The notes under the pieces: generated by a model
Databases searched by the model: none
What the model was told of the DNA's origin: nothing
Seen by the model: the letters and a program-made list of their open reading frames with translations, nothing else
Origin: Candidatus Latescibacterota bacterium
Lineage (GTDB): Bacteria; Latescibacterota; UBA2968; UBA8231
NCBI GenBank assembly: GCA_964291625.2
Contig: OZ220090.1
Span: 704,001-768,000, forward strand
DNA length: 64,000 nt
Reading direction: 5' to 3'
Translations under genes and position numbers: made by a program
Part shown: positions 17,171 through 27,388 of the stretch, one piece after another
How positions within the stretch are numbered: position 1 is the first letter of the stretch
How the letters are laid out: every line of letters begins with the position of its first letter

Positions 17171-18948
17171 GACAAGGCCTTGCGCATCAGGGCGGCGACC
17201 TCCTCGGCCTCCGCCAGCAGCTCCTCCCTGGCCGACCTGTCGCTGTCGACGGGGGAGTAGCGACCGAACTCGCAGCGCTCCAGCACGGCCGCAACCCGGT
17301 CGACGAGGTCGGGCCCAAGGCCCCGGTCCTCCAGCTGGCGGCGGCAGCGGTCGGGGGTCAGGCCGGGCGCCGGCAGGTCCGCATGGTCGGCGATGAAGGC
17401 CACCACGGCCTCCTGGAGAGCGGCGTGGAAGCCATCCCCTTCGGCCGCCCGCCGCCGGGCTTCGCGAAGGCGGCCCGACAGCGCTCCCCCGGACCGGCGC
17501 CGGCGCGCATAGGCGGTGTCCTTCTCGAGCCTGCGGCGGTGGCGGTGCCTGGCGACGAGGGCCACGTACCCCAGGGGCAGGAGGATGTGGGCGAGCCAGT
17601 ACCAGAGGCTGCGGTAGAGGGCGGGGGCAGCGCCCATGCGGTCCACGTCGGGCTTGATGTGGCGGATGTCGCTCCCGAGGCGCTCGATCTCCCGCCGCGT
17701 CAGGTCGTACCTCCCGCCGGCCTCGGCCCCGGCGCCGCCGCCGCGGCTGCGGATCTCGATGGGGGCGGTGGAGGCGGTGCGGTAGCTGTGGGCGGCGGGA
17801 TCGAAGTAGGTCACCGACAGCGCCGGGATCTCCAGGCGGCCTCCCCCTTCGGGAATCAGGATGTACTCCAGGTTCCGAGCCGCCATGTACCTGCCGTCGG
17901 CCGAGCGCCCCTCCTCCACCTTCACCTTGGGCTCGTAGACCTCGAAGCCGGCAGGGTCCAGGACGGGCTCGGGTATGCTCTGCACATTGCCGGTGCCCGT
18001 GATCGACACCCTCAGGGTGACCGGATCACCGGCGCGCAACTCCCGGGGACTGGCCTCGGCGGAGATGTCGAACTCGCCCACGGCGCCGGCGAAGCCTCGG
18101 GGCCGTCCCCGGTCCGGAAGGGGGCGCACGAAGATGGAGAGCGGCTCGCTGCGGAACATCAGGGTGCGGCCACGGCCGAAGACAGGGTCCTCCAGCAGGG
18201 AGCAGGTGAGCCCCATGGTCTCGATGACCTGATGCCCCGAAGCGGTGGGGAACAGGGCCACGTGGCGCAGGGGCGCAACCTGGAAGGGCAGGCTGTCGAT
18301 CACCTCGCGATGCGGTTCCAGCCGCGAGGCGGCGAAGAGCTCCTTGACCCAGAACCCGGTGTACTCCGGAACCTCCGAGAGCCTGGGGCCGCGCAGGCGG
18401 TAGCGGTAGCAGAGGTCGAACCGAACGTTCACCTGCTCCCCCACATACGCCGTGTCGCGGTCGGCCTCGGCGCGCACGAAGATGTCGTCCTCCAGAGAGC
18501 GCTCTGCGGTCCCCCCGCCAGCCCCTGGCGTCCGCCCCGCGGCGGCCTTGCCGCGGACGTGCACCTCCACCTGATCCGTGGTCAGGACCTCGCCCCCCGC
18601 CCGCAGCCGCGCGGGACCGATGACGAACCGCCCGGGGTTCCGGGCGTACAGGGTGTACCGCAGCTCCCGGGTGTAGCGGGCCCCGCTCTTGTCGTGGGAC
18701 TCCATGTCCATCACCGAGGGTCCGTGGACGATGAACTCCCCCAGGTCGATGGTGGGAGCCGCCAGGTCCCTCAGCGGGCTCACGTCGCTGAGACGCAGGG
18801 TCAGCTGGATCGGCTGCGACGCGGAGACGCTTCCGCGGTCCACGGCCAGGGTGAACTCGAGCTCCGCCCGGCCGGGTATCGCCGTCAGGAGCAGCAGGGC
18901 TGTCAGGGAGCGCCGCAGGCGGCGGGTGGAGGCGGGGTCACCAGTCAC
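17167..18948 (-). CDS. batD: BatD family protein
   Basis: Ig-like repeats (AYVGEQV, GAVGEF, GDPVTLRV..GTGN, YFDP), DIRHIK, TM, C-terminal helical domain. Confidence 0.82.
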   Translation of the reverse strand: MTGDPASTRRLRRSLTALLLLTAIPGRAELEFTLAVDRGSVSASQPIQLTLRLSDVSPLRDLAAPTIDLGEFIVHGPSVMDMESHDKSGARYTRELRYTLYARNPGRFVIGPARLRAGGEVLTTDQVEVHVRGKAAAGRTPGAGGGTAERSLEDDIFVRAEADRDTAYVGEQVNVRFDLCYRYRLRGPRLSEVPEYTGFWVKELFAASRLEPHREVIDSLPFQVAPLRHVALFPTASGHQVIETMGLTCSLLEDPVFGRGRTLMFRSEPLSIFVRPLPDRGRPRGFAGAVGEFDISAEASPRELRAGDPVTLRVSITGTGNVQSIPEPVLDPAGFEVYEPKVKVEEGRSADGRYMAARNLEYILIPEGGGRLEIPALSVTYFDPAAHSYRTASTAPIEIRSRGGGAGAEAGGRYDLTRREIERLGSDIRHIKPDVDRMGAAPALYRSLWYWLAHILLPLGYVALVARHRHRRRLEKDTAYARRRRSGGALSGRLREARRRAAEGDGFHAALQEAVVAFIADHADLPAPGLTPDRCRRQLEDRGLGPDLVDRVAAVLERCEFGRYSPVDSDRSAREELLAEAEEVAALMRKALS

Positions 18949-19696
18949 GGGCGTCGTCCCGTCCGCGGGCGCGGTAGCGCCGCTCCTGGGCCTCCTCCTC
19001 GCGGTCCCGGAGGGCGTCGAGGAGGCGCTCGGCCTCCTCGGGGTCCATGCCGCTCTTCTCCTCCTCCGGCGCCGGCGCCTGGTCTTCCCCCTCGGAGGGC
19101 TCGGAGGGCTCTTCGTCCCGGGAGCCTGGATCGGGCTCCGGCGGCTCATCCTCCGGCTCCTCCGAGGGGGGCTGCTGCTGATCTTGCGGCGGTTGCCGTG
19201 GTTGCTCCTCCTCGTCCTGGGGAGGCTGCCGGTCCTGGCCTTCCTGCGGCTGGGGTGGGGGCGGCGGCGGCAGCCGCTGCAGGGCCAGCTCCAGGTTGGC
19301 CTTGGCGTCGGCGTCGCCGGGAGTCCGCTGAAGGGCCTGCTGGTAGGCCTCCACGGCCGCCGCGTAATCCTGCAACTGGAAGTGGGCGTTCCCCTTGTTG
19401 TAGTGGCCGAGGGCCGCCAGGGCCGGATCGTCGGCGGCGCTCACCCGCTCGAACTCCCCGAGGGCGCCCTCGAAGTCGCCGAGCTGGAAGAGGGCGTCGC
19501 CCACGTTGAGGTGGAGCCGCGCCGACTCCGGCCGCTCCACCAGGGCCTCCTTGTAGGCCTGCAGGGCCTCCTCGTAGCGGCCCTCGTCGTAGAGGGCGCG
19601 GGCGGCCTCGTTGCGGGAGACGGCGGGATCGCCGATGGTGCGCGCCTGGGCCCCGGTGACCAGGAGCGGGATCGCGGCCAGGACCAGGGCCCTCAC
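18938..19696 (-). CDS. batC: BatC-like TPR protein with Q/P/E-rich linker
   Basis: GTG 19696 overlapping batB stop; YNKGNA, DAKANLEL, EEAERLLDAL, C-terminal DW. Confidence 0.8.
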   Translation of the reverse strand: MRALVLAAIPLLVTGAQARTIGDPAVSRNEAARALYDEGRYEEALQAYKEALVERPESARLHLNVGDALFQLGDFEGALGEFERVSAADDPALAALGHYNKGNAHFQLQDYAAAVEAYQQALQRTPGDADAKANLELALQRLPPPPPPQPQEGQDRQPPQDEEEQPRQPPQDQQQPPSEEPEDEPPEPDPGSRDEEPSEPSEGEDQAPAPEEEKSGMDPEEAERLLDALRDREEEAQERRYRARGRDDARDW

Positions 19697-20721
19697 GCGA
19701 ACCTCCCCCGCCACTCCCGGCGGCTCCGAGAGCGCTCGGAGAGGAGGCCCTCGGCCAGGAAGCAGGCCAGGGCCAGGGCCAGGGGAATCTGGAAGCGCTC
19801 CTCGTAGCGGGTGAAGCGCTCGGACCCGAGCTCCTTCTGCCGCACCTCGGAGATGCGGTCGACGACGGCCCCCAGCTCCCGGCCGGTGAGGCTGCTGCGC
19901 CAGTAGGCGCCCTCCCCCGCCGCCGCCACCTCGCGCAGCGCCGCCTCGTCGAGGCGGGACTTCACGTAGTGGCCGTCGCGGTCCTTGTGGTAGTCGAGAC
20001 GACTCCCGTCCTCTGCGCGCAGAGGGATGAGCCCCCCCTCCGGGGAACCGACGCCGATGCAGAACAGGCGCGCCCCCTGGTCGGCCAGCCGGGCGGCGGC
20101 GTCGGCTGCCGAACCGGAATGGGCTTCGCCGTCGCTGAAGAGGACGGCCACCTTGTGCTGCCGGTCCTCGGGGTCGAAGACCCCTTCCGCCAGCTCCAGG
20201 GCGCGGGCCAAGGAAGTCCCCTGGGAGGGAATGGCGTTCACGTCCACCGCCCCGAGGAGCATGCGCAGGGCCGCGGTGTCGAGGGTCAGCGGGCACTGGA
20301 CGTAGGCGGTGGAGGCGAAGACGACGAGAGCGACCCGGTTGCCCTGGAGATCGTCCAGCAGCTTGCCGATGGCCTGCCGCGACCGCTCGAGCCGGTTGGG
20401 TCGCACGTCCTCGGCGAGCATGCTGCGCGACAGGTCGAGGAGGAGGACCACGTCGACGCCGCGTCGCTGGGCCATCTCCAGACGGACCCCGAACCGAGGG
20501 CCGCTCAGGGCCAGCGCCAGCAGGCCGATCCCGGCGACGGCGAGAACCGACTTCAGGTGCTGCCGCGTGCGGCTCACGCTGCGGATGAGGCGGGGAGCCA
20601 CCGCGGCATGGGCGAGGCGCTCCAGGTCGCGGCGGCGGCGGACATGGGCCCAGGCGGCGAACCAGGCCGCCAGCGGCACCAGCAGCAGCAGCCATTGGTT
20701 GTGCTCGGCGGCGAAGCGCAT
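19693..20721 (-). CDS. batB: BatB-like VWA domain protein
   Basis: MIDAS DLSRSM, PNRLE, QCPLTLD, FSDGE. Confidence 0.85.
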   Translation of the reverse strand: MRFAAEHNQWLLLLVPLAAWFAAWAHVRRRRDLERLAHAAVAPRLIRSVSRTRQHLKSVLAVAGIGLLALALSGPRFGVRLEMAQRRGVDVVLLLDLSRSMLAEDVRPNRLERSRQAIGKLLDDLQGNRVALVVFASTAYVQCPLTLDTAALRMLLGAVDVNAIPSQGTSLARALELAEGVFDPEDRQHKVAVLFSDGEAHSGSAADAAARLADQGARLFCIGVGSPEGGLIPLRAEDGSRLDYHKDRDGHYVKSRLDEAALREVAAAGEGAYWRSSLTGRELGAVVDRISEVRQKELGSERFTRYEERFQIPLALALACFLAEGLLSERSRSRREWRGRFA

Positions 20722-20725
20722 CGGA

Positions 20726-21706
20726 TCAGGGCAGGCTGCGGAAGCGGGTGCGGGACAACAGGAAGTCCCCTGCCAGGGCGAGGAACCCCGGCCACAGGAC
20801 CAGGGCGTAGAGCTCCGAGTACTGCAGGTGGACCTCGCTGGTGACTTCGGTCTTCTCCAGGCGGCCGATCTCGGCGTAGATCTCGGCCAGCTTCTCGCCG
20901 CTGGTGGCGTGGTAGTACTCGCCTCCCGTGGTGGCGGCGATGGCGCGCAGGATCCCCTCGTCGAAGTCGACGCCTCGGGCCCGGCCCATGATGCCCGCAG
21001 GCTCGGCGCCGATTCCGATGGTGTAGGCGCGCACCCCCACGGCGGCGGCAGCCTCGGCGGCGGTCAGGGGGCTGATCTCGCCAGCGTTGTTGACGCCGTC
21101 GGTGAGCAGGATGGCGACGCGGCCCCGCTCCCCCTCCCGGCCGGCGTCCCTCAGCCGGTTGGCGGCGTTGATCAGGGCCATCCCGATGGCGGTGCCGTCC
21201 CAGCTGTCGTGGGCGAGCTGGATCTCGTCCAGGAACTGCAGGAGCACGTCGTAGTCGAGGGTCAGGGGGCACTGGGTGAAGCTCTCCCCGGCGAAGACGA
21301 CCATGCCGATGCGGTCCGTGTCCCGGCCGGCGATGAAGCGTGCCACCACCTCCTTGGCCACCGCCAGCCGGCTCGCGGGGCCAAGGTCCCGGGCCCTCAT
21401 GCTGCCGGAGACATCGAGGATGAGCATGATGTCCACCCCCTCGGCCGATACGTCCTGGACGCGCTCGCCGCTCTGGGGGCGGGCCAGGGCGACGACGAGA
21501 CAGGCCGCGCCCAGGAGCCGAACCACGGGCAGGATCCGCCGGAGCGGCGCCCAGGGGCCGCCGGGCAGGCGGCGCAGGTCACTGACCTGCGGATAGCGGA
21601 CCGAACCCCGCAGCCGCTGACCGTGACGCCGCTGGCGCCATCCCATCAGGGGCAGCACCAGCAGCAGGAGCAGGAAGACCGGATCGGCGAAGCGGAACTC
21701 GTCCAT
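20726..21706 (-). CDS. batA: BatA-like VWA domain protein
   Basis: ALARPQ, DVSGSM, GTAIG, LLTDGVNNAG. Confidence 0.88.
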   Translation of the reverse strand: MDEFRFADPVFLLLLLVLPLMGWRQRRHGQRLRGSVRYPQVSDLRRLPGGPWAPLRRILPVVRLLGAACLVVALARPQSGERVQDVSAEGVDIMLILDVSGSMRARDLGPASRLAVAKEVVARFIAGRDTDRIGMVVFAGESFTQCPLTLDYDVLLQFLDEIQLAHDSWDGTAIGMALINAANRLRDAGREGERGRVAILLTDGVNNAGEISPLTAAEAAAAVGVRAYTIGIGAEPAGIMGRARGVDFDEGILRAIAATTGGEYYHATSGEKLAEIYAEIGRLEKTEVTSEVHLQYSELYALVLWPGFLALAGDFLLSRTRFRSLP

Positions 21707-21709
21707 CGC

Positions 21710-22671
21710 TCACGCTTCCGTCGGCACCGCCGCGGGGCTCTCCACCCGGGCCCGCAGCTGCTGCCCGGCGCCGGCCACCAGCCGCCGGCCCTCCTCCGGC
21801 GCCGCCGACGCCTCCGGGAGAGGGGGCTCGGCCCTGGCGAACTTGACCAGGTCCGCCGCCTCCAGGAAGCCGATGATCCCCTCCCGGATCCCGGGGTCCG
21901 GCGGCTCCGGCGCCCGACGCAGATCGGCGGCGACCTCCGCGGTCGTGCGGTCCAGGCTGTCGACGGCGAGACGGTCCTCGAGGAAGCGGCGCATCACCTC
22001 GGAGAGCCGCGTGTAGTAGAGCTTCACGGCGCCGCGCTGCAGCAGCCCCGACTCGGCGATGAGGGTGAACTCCCTCTCGTAGTCCACGGGCGCCGCCGGC
22101 GGGGGGGCGGCGGCGGCGATTCCTTGCCCGGCCGCAGCAGGAAGCGGCTCACGAGCCAGGCGGCCAGCACGGCCAGGACCGCCGCCAGGGTGGCGGCGAG
22201 CCACAGGGGAATGCCGCCGAGGATCGCCATGGGCGGCTTGATCGCCCGCAGCGCGTCCCCCTCCTCCGGGCCGCGGGAAGAGACGATCTCGACGGGGATC
22301 GGCGCCGAGGCGAGCCTCGCCGTGTCCGAGGCCGCCGAGACGACCAGAACCTCCACGGGCGGAATCTCTCCCGCATCGAGCCTGTAAGCGGCCAGCCCGT
22401 AACGGCGCTCGTCCATCTGGAGGCCGTCGGCGGCGGCGCTGGTGGCCGGCTCCGACCGCGAGCGGACCTCCCAGGAACCAAGCCCTTGGGGAAGCTCCGG
22501 GAAGACGGAGCGGCTCGAGGCCGGACGCTCGACCCGGAGGCGCAGGGTCACGGGATCTCCGAGGCGGGCCTTCGCCGTGTCGACCTCCGCCGACAGGAGG
22601 GGCGCGTCGGCGTGGACGGTGGAGCCGACGGCGGCTGCGATCAGGGTTGCGAGGACATGGAACGCTGCCAT
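21710..22671 (-). pseudogene. Bat-cluster conserved membrane protein (BatD-like Ig domain + TM + helical domain), split by a 1-nt frameshift
   Basis: ORFs 22024..22671 and 21710..22204 join in frame if the G7 run at 22101-22107 is G8; may be a sequencing error. Confidence 0.65.
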
Positions 22672-22683
22672 CCGGCGGGACGC

Positions 22684-24123
22684 CTACCCGTCAGTCGGCT
22701 CCACGGCTTCCGAGGCCGCCTCCACGGGCCTGGAGACGTCGTCCAGGCTCAGGTCGAGGTTCACCACGGCCTCCCCGTCGATGGTGACCACGGTGGCCAC
22801 ATCGGCGCGCATGGCGTAGGCGCCGCCGTCCTCCGTCGTCGCCCCCACCAGGAACTCGAGGGTGCGGTCGCCGGTGAGACTCACGCGGACGGACAGCTGC
22901 GGCGAGTCGAGGCCGAAGGCGGCGAGGACGAGGCTCCCGCCGGGGCCGTCGTCCTGAACGAAGTCCTCCGCCTCCAGCTCCATGACGTCGTTCACCAGGC
23001 TGGTGAAGCGCCAGGCCTTGGGCTCGCGGCCGGCGGCGTCGACCAGGGCCCAGGTGCCGGCGCTGTCCCGGGTGGCGGCGAAGACCCTCTCTCCCCGGCG
23101 GCGCAGCTCGATCCTGGAGACCTCCTCCTCCGAGAAGGCCAGGAGCTTCTTCTCCCGGAGCTCGGCCAGGGGCGTGAGCAGCTTGTTGACCACGGTGGAG
23201 TCGACGGCGAAGACCTGGGGTCGGCTGGAGTCGCGGGCGAAGCGGTCTCCCTCTCCGGCCTCGGCCCCGATCCGGAGACGCTTCTCCGCCCGGTCCTCCC
23301 CGATCCACAGGGTGACCTCCGCCAGGGCCGAGCCCTCCTGCAGGCCGGCCGCCGCCAGCTCGTCGGCGGTGGGCTGCTCGAAGGCGATGCGCGTGGCCTC
23401 CGAGTTCTGCAGGCGCGACAGGATGCCCTCCACCCCCTCGGCGTCGGCTTCCCTGGCCACCGGCAGGTCGATACGCCAACCGCCGTCCTGCCGCGAGACC
23501 TCCACCCGGCCGCCGGCCCGATCGAGCCGCAGGCTCCCGACCTCCTCCTCCTCGAAGGCCAGCAGGCGCCGGTCGCGCAGATCGAAGAGGCCCTTGTCGA
23601 GGTTGTCGAAGCGCCAGGCGCGCACCCTCAGGACCTCCGGGTTGTCGCCCGAACGCTGCAGGTAGGTGAAGCGCTCGGTGGGGGTGTCGTCGCCGAAGCG
23701 CAGGGTGTCGAGGGGTTCCGGCTCCCCGGCGAGGTCGAGGTGCACCTTCAGGCGCGGCCGGTCCAGGCCATAGGCCGCCAGGCGCCCGGCGTCGGCGCTC
23801 ACGGAGGCGCTGTCCTGCAGGGGGTCGCCCTCGGTCTCGGTCTCGCGCAGGTTCCTCAGGTAGCGCTCCACCGCCTGCTGGTCGGCGCCGGTGGAGACGG
23901 GACGGGTGAGGTGCCAGGACTCCTCCGCCTTCTCCAGGACGGCTACGGTGTCGCCCCGGTCGATGGTGAGACGCCGGGCCTCGTGGTCGCTGAAGTCGAG
24001 GAGCTGGCGGGAGCGCTCGGCCTCGACCTGGCGCCGCTCGCCTCCCTTGATCTCGTAGAAGTAGACGAAGCCCAGGAGGGCGACGAAGATCCCACTGATG
24101 ACGAGGTTCGTCTTCAGACCCAT
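22684..24123 (-). CDS. DUF4340 domain protein (three repeats)
   Basis: N-terminal TM; repeated W-x-L/I..P, 'YGLDRP', 'DLRDRRL', 'ELREKKL', 'FGLDSP'. Confidence 0.8.
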   Translation of the reverse strand: MGLKTNLVISGIFVALLGFVYFYEIKGGERRQVEAERSRQLLDFSDHEARRLTIDRGDTVAVLEKAEESWHLTRPVSTGADQQAVERYLRNLRETETEGDPLQDSASVSADAGRLAAYGLDRPRLKVHLDLAGEPEPLDTLRFGDDTPTERFTYLQRSGDNPEVLRVRAWRFDNLDKGLFDLRDRRLLAFEEEEVGSLRLDRAGGRVEVSRQDGGWRIDLPVAREADAEGVEGILSRLQNSEATRIAFEQPTADELAAAGLQEGSALAEVTLWIGEDRAEKRLRIGAEAGEGDRFARDSSRPQVFAVDSTVVNKLLTPLAELREKKLLAFSEEEVSRIELRRRGERVFAATRDSAGTWALVDAAGREPKAWRFTSLVNDVMELEAEDFVQDDGPGGSLVLAAFGLDSPQLSVRVSLTGDRTLEFLVGATTEDGGAYAMRADVATVVTIDGEAVVNLDLSLDDVSRPVEAASEAVEPTDG

Positions 24124-24148
24124 GTGCGGTGCCTCTCGTGCAAGTGGC

Positions 24149-27100
24149 TCAGGCCGCGGCGGCGGCCGGCTGGAAATCGCGACGAATCCAAACGAGGATG
24201 CAGGCGTTGGCGATGCTCAGCCCCGCCAACACCAGTTGCAGCGTCGGCTCGGGGACGGCCACGAAGGCCAGACCCGCGTTGGCCGCCAGGGTTGCCAGGG
24301 CCGGCAGCCAGACCCAAGGCTCGCGCTTGTAGAGGCCGTAGCCCAGGCCCCAGCAGATCAGACCCAGGACGAGGTAGCCCTCCCCCCGCCAGAGGCTGGC
24401 CTCGCCGAGGCCGATGACGCCGATGATGTAGTACCAGGTGCCCAGGGCCAGGAGGTTGTAGACCAGCCAGGTCACGAAGCCGCTGACATAGGTCCCGTAA
24501 CCCCGGCGCAGCATGATGACGAAGCCGGAGAGAGCCACGGCGAAGGGCAGGACGAAGACGGAGACCCAGAGGACGACGCTGCCCGCCGTGCCGACCAGGT
24601 TGATCGGGTTGAACCTCGGTTGCTTCGGCGGGATCGTCAGGCTCTCCTCGCCCTCGGTGAGCCAGCGGACCGCAGCGGCCGCCAACTCGCCGTTGGCCTG
24701 CTGGCTGATGTGCTGGTTGCGGGCGAAGTCGGCATCTCCGAAGACCACGATCCGGGTGCCGTCGCCCTCCGCCGCCGAGTCGGCCGCGGCCGTGGACGCC
24801 ACCGCCAGGGACAGGGGGCCGGGGCGGTCGCTCTCGGGATCGAAGTCGATGGCGCCCCCCTCGTCGCCCGTGAGCACGCTCAGGTCGGACTCCCCCCAGG
24901 CGTTGCGGTCGGTGAAGGCGAGGGCCTCCACCTCGAAGCCCCCCGCGGCGGCGCTCACCGACCGAGCCATGGGGAAGAAGCTCATCTGGCCGCGGACGGC
25001 GCCCTCCGTGATCGGGTGATCGCCGTAGCGCAGGACCACCGGCACCGAGACGTCGGTGCCGAGGAGCTGCCCGAGACCGCTCAGGTCGACGACGAAGTCG
25101 TCTCCGATATCGATGTCGTAGTCGTCGCGCAGGAGGGCTTCCAGGCCGCTGTCGCGCCCCGGATCGACGAGAAGCAGCAGGTCGCCTCCCCGCTCCATGA
25201 ACCGGCGCACGCCTTCGACCTCGGCGGCGGTCAACGGACTCTGCGGCCCCAGGACGGCCAGGGCCTGCACCTGCGAGAGGTCGTCGGCGCCGGGCCGGAG
25301 GGGGTCGCGAACCCGCAGGTTCATCTCCTTGAGCCGCCCGTTGAGGATGCTGTAGCCCTCCCCGTCGACGTCGGTCAGACGGCCCTCCCCGTGGCCCCCG
25401 ACGAAGCCGATGGCGCGCTCGTCGGCTGCCAGGGCCCGGCGGATGGCGTTGCTCAGGGCCTCCTCGCTCTGCTCGGCGAAGCGCTCGGTCACCACCTGGC
25501 CTCCGCCCGTGACCTCGACGATGGAGGTGCCCCGCTCGCGGATGCCGTACCGGCGTACCAGGAGGGCGTCCTTCTGAGGATCGACGGTCTCGAAATCGAA
25601 GCGGCGGGAGCGGTACCCGTACTCCTTGGCGATCTCCTGGAAGCGGCCGCCTTCCATGTCGGACATGAAGGTGCGGACCTGGATGAACTTGCCAGCGTCG
25701 TCGGCCTCGCGAAGCAGCTCCAGGCTCTCGGGGGCCAGGGTGAACAGGGCGTCCTCGGTCAGGTCGAGACGCCAGTGATAGCGGTCGCCGAGGTAGTTCA
25801 GCAGGCCGAGAACGCCGAGGGACAGGGCCACGCCGAGACCGGCGGCGGCCAGGTCGCGCAGGCTCCAGCGGCCGGACCGGGAGACGACGACGAAGCCGGC
25901 GGCGGCGATGGCCGCCGGGTAGATGATCAGCGTGATCCAGAAGATCCAGTCCGACTGCGCCTCGGTGAGTGCGATGGGGTTGAAACCCGGGTCCCGCGGC
26001 CGGATCGAGATCAGGGCCTCGTCCTCGGCGAGCCAGCTCACCGCGTTCAGGGCGAGGTCGCCGTTGCCCTGGGTGTCGAAGTAGCGGTTGCTCGCGAAGT
26101 CGGCGTCGCCGAAGACCACGAGCCGGCCCCCGGCGGCGGTGTCGGCCACCGCCACCCCGAGGCCGACGGGTCCGCGCCGGTCGGAGTCGTCGAGACGTAC
26201 GGTGCGGTCCCCCCCGGACCCCTCGCCCAGGACCGCCAGGTCCGTCTCCGCCCAGCTGGCGGAACTGGTCCGTGCCAGGACCGCGGCCGTCGCCGAGTTG
26301 GCGGCCACGGCGGCCGAGTCGAGCTCGACGGAGCGGGCGAGCTCGTAGAAGGTCATGACGCCGCCCCGGTGCCGCCGGGCGATGGGGTGCCGGTCGTCGT
26401 AGGTGGTGACCACGGGAATGGTGAAATCGAGTCCGAAGAGCGACCCGATGCCGCTGGTATCGATGACGAAGTCGTCACCCGTCACCACCCCCCACTCCCC
26501 CATGAGCTCGTCGAGGCCGCTCTCCTCCAGCGCCTCGGCCAGCACCAGGAGAGAGCCGCCGCGGTGCAGGTAGCTGCGCACGGCTTCGACCTCGTGGCCG
26601 AGGAATGGCGACCGCGGGCCGGCCACGATGAGCACGCGGCAGTCCTCGGGCACGCGGGCCTCACGCGCCAGGAACAGAGAGTCGCCAACCACGTAGTCGA
26701 TCTCCCGAAGGCGCTCGGCCAGCAGTCCCAGGTCGGACTCGAGGTTGCCGACGCCCCGCTCGCCGTGGCCCACGGTGAAGCAGACCCGCTCCCGCCGGTC
26801 CCGGAGGACCTTGAGCATGGCGTTGGTGATCTCCTTTTCCGTCAGCTCCGTGAGGCTCTGGCGCTCGGCGCCGGCGGCCAGGACCAGGGTGTTGTACGCG
26901 CGCACGCCGTACTCCTGGGTCCTCGCCGGATCGCGGTCGGGATCGACGAACTCGAAGTCGAAGCGGCCGCCGCCGTGCACGGCATACTGCTCCAGCAGGC
27001 CGCGCAGCTCCTCGTCCTCCCCCTCTTCCATGAAGGCGAGGGCCTCCACCTCCTTGTCCAGGGCCTCCAGGGTCTCGATGGTCAGCGGCGCCAGGCTGTG

Positions 27101-27388
27101 CAACCGGCCCTCGGTCAGGTCGAGGCGCTGGGGATAGCGGTCGGCGAGAAAGTTCACCATGCCGAGGATGGCCAGCACCAGGAGCCCTCCCCAGAAGGCG
27201 TTGAGCCAGCGCCCGTACTGGCGGAAGAGATCGGGATTGAGCACTGCCGACACGGCGACCAGCAGCGCCCCGACGCCGGCGTTGGCCGCCGGCAGCCAGA
27301 CCGCCTCGGGCTCGAGGAGCATGGCCAGACCGGCGGCGGCGAGCAGGGCCGCGCCGGCGAGGCTGGCGAAGGTCGAATAGGGCTTCAT
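24149..27388 (-). CDS. GldG-family ABC auxiliary protein with two tandem GldG modules (1079 aa)
   Basis: Two copies of RLDLTE..L..VDP..GHGE..GP..GG.LL..DDFV.D..VFGDADFA..N..WL; ATG 27388 overlaps permease stop. Confidence 0.82.
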   Translation of the reverse strand: MKPYSTFASLAGAALLAAAGLAMLLEPEAVWLPAANAGVGALLVAVSAVLNPDLFRQYGRWLNAFWGGLLVLAILGMVNFLADRYPQRLDLTEGRLHSLAPLTIETLEALDKEVEALAFMEEGEDEELRGLLEQYAVHGGGRFDFEFVDPDRDPARTQEYGVRAYNTLVLAAGAERQSLTELTEKEITNAMLKVLRDRRERVCFTVGHGERGVGNLESDLGLLAERLREIDYVVGDSLFLAREARVPEDCRVLIVAGPRSPFLGHEVEAVRSYLHRGGSLLVLAEALEESGLDELMGEWGVVTGDDFVIDTSGIGSLFGLDFTIPVVTTYDDRHPIARRHRGGVMTFYELARSVELDSAAVAANSATAAVLARTSSASWAETDLAVLGEGSGGDRTVRLDDSDRRGPVGLGVAVADTAAGGRLVVFGDADFASNRYFDTQGNGDLALNAVSWLAEDEALISIRPRDPGFNPIALTEAQSDWIFWITLIIYPAAIAAAGFVVVSRSGRWSLRDLAAAGLGVALSLGVLGLLNYLGDRYHWRLDLTEDALFTLAPESLELLREADDAGKFIQVRTFMSDMEGGRFQEIAKEYGYRSRRFDFETVDPQKDALLVRRYGIRERGTSIVEVTGGGQVVTERFAEQSEEALSNAIRRALAADERAIGFVGGHGEGRLTDVDGEGYSILNGRLKEMNLRVRDPLRPGADDLSQVQALAVLGPQSPLTAAEVEGVRRFMERGGDLLLLVDPGRDSGLEALLRDDYDIDIGDDFVVDLSGLGQLLGTDVSVPVVLRYGDHPITEGAVRGQMSFFPMARSVSAAAGGFEVEALAFTDRNAWGESDLSVLTGDEGGAIDFDPESDRPGPLSLAVASTAAADSAAEGDGTRIVVFGDADFARNQHISQQANGELAAAAVRWLTEGEESLTIPPKQPRFNPINLVGTAGSVVLWVSVFVLPFAVALSGFVIMLRRGYGTYVSGFVTWLVYNLLALGTWYYIIGVIGLGEASLWRGEGYLVLGLICWGLGYGLYKREPWVWLPALATLAANAGLAFVAVPEPTLQLVLAGLSIANACILVWIRRDFQPAAAAA

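Noticed and set aside
19050-19275. Q/P/E-rich repetitive coding stretch
   Set aside because: Ordinary BatC low-complexity linker, not a repeat array
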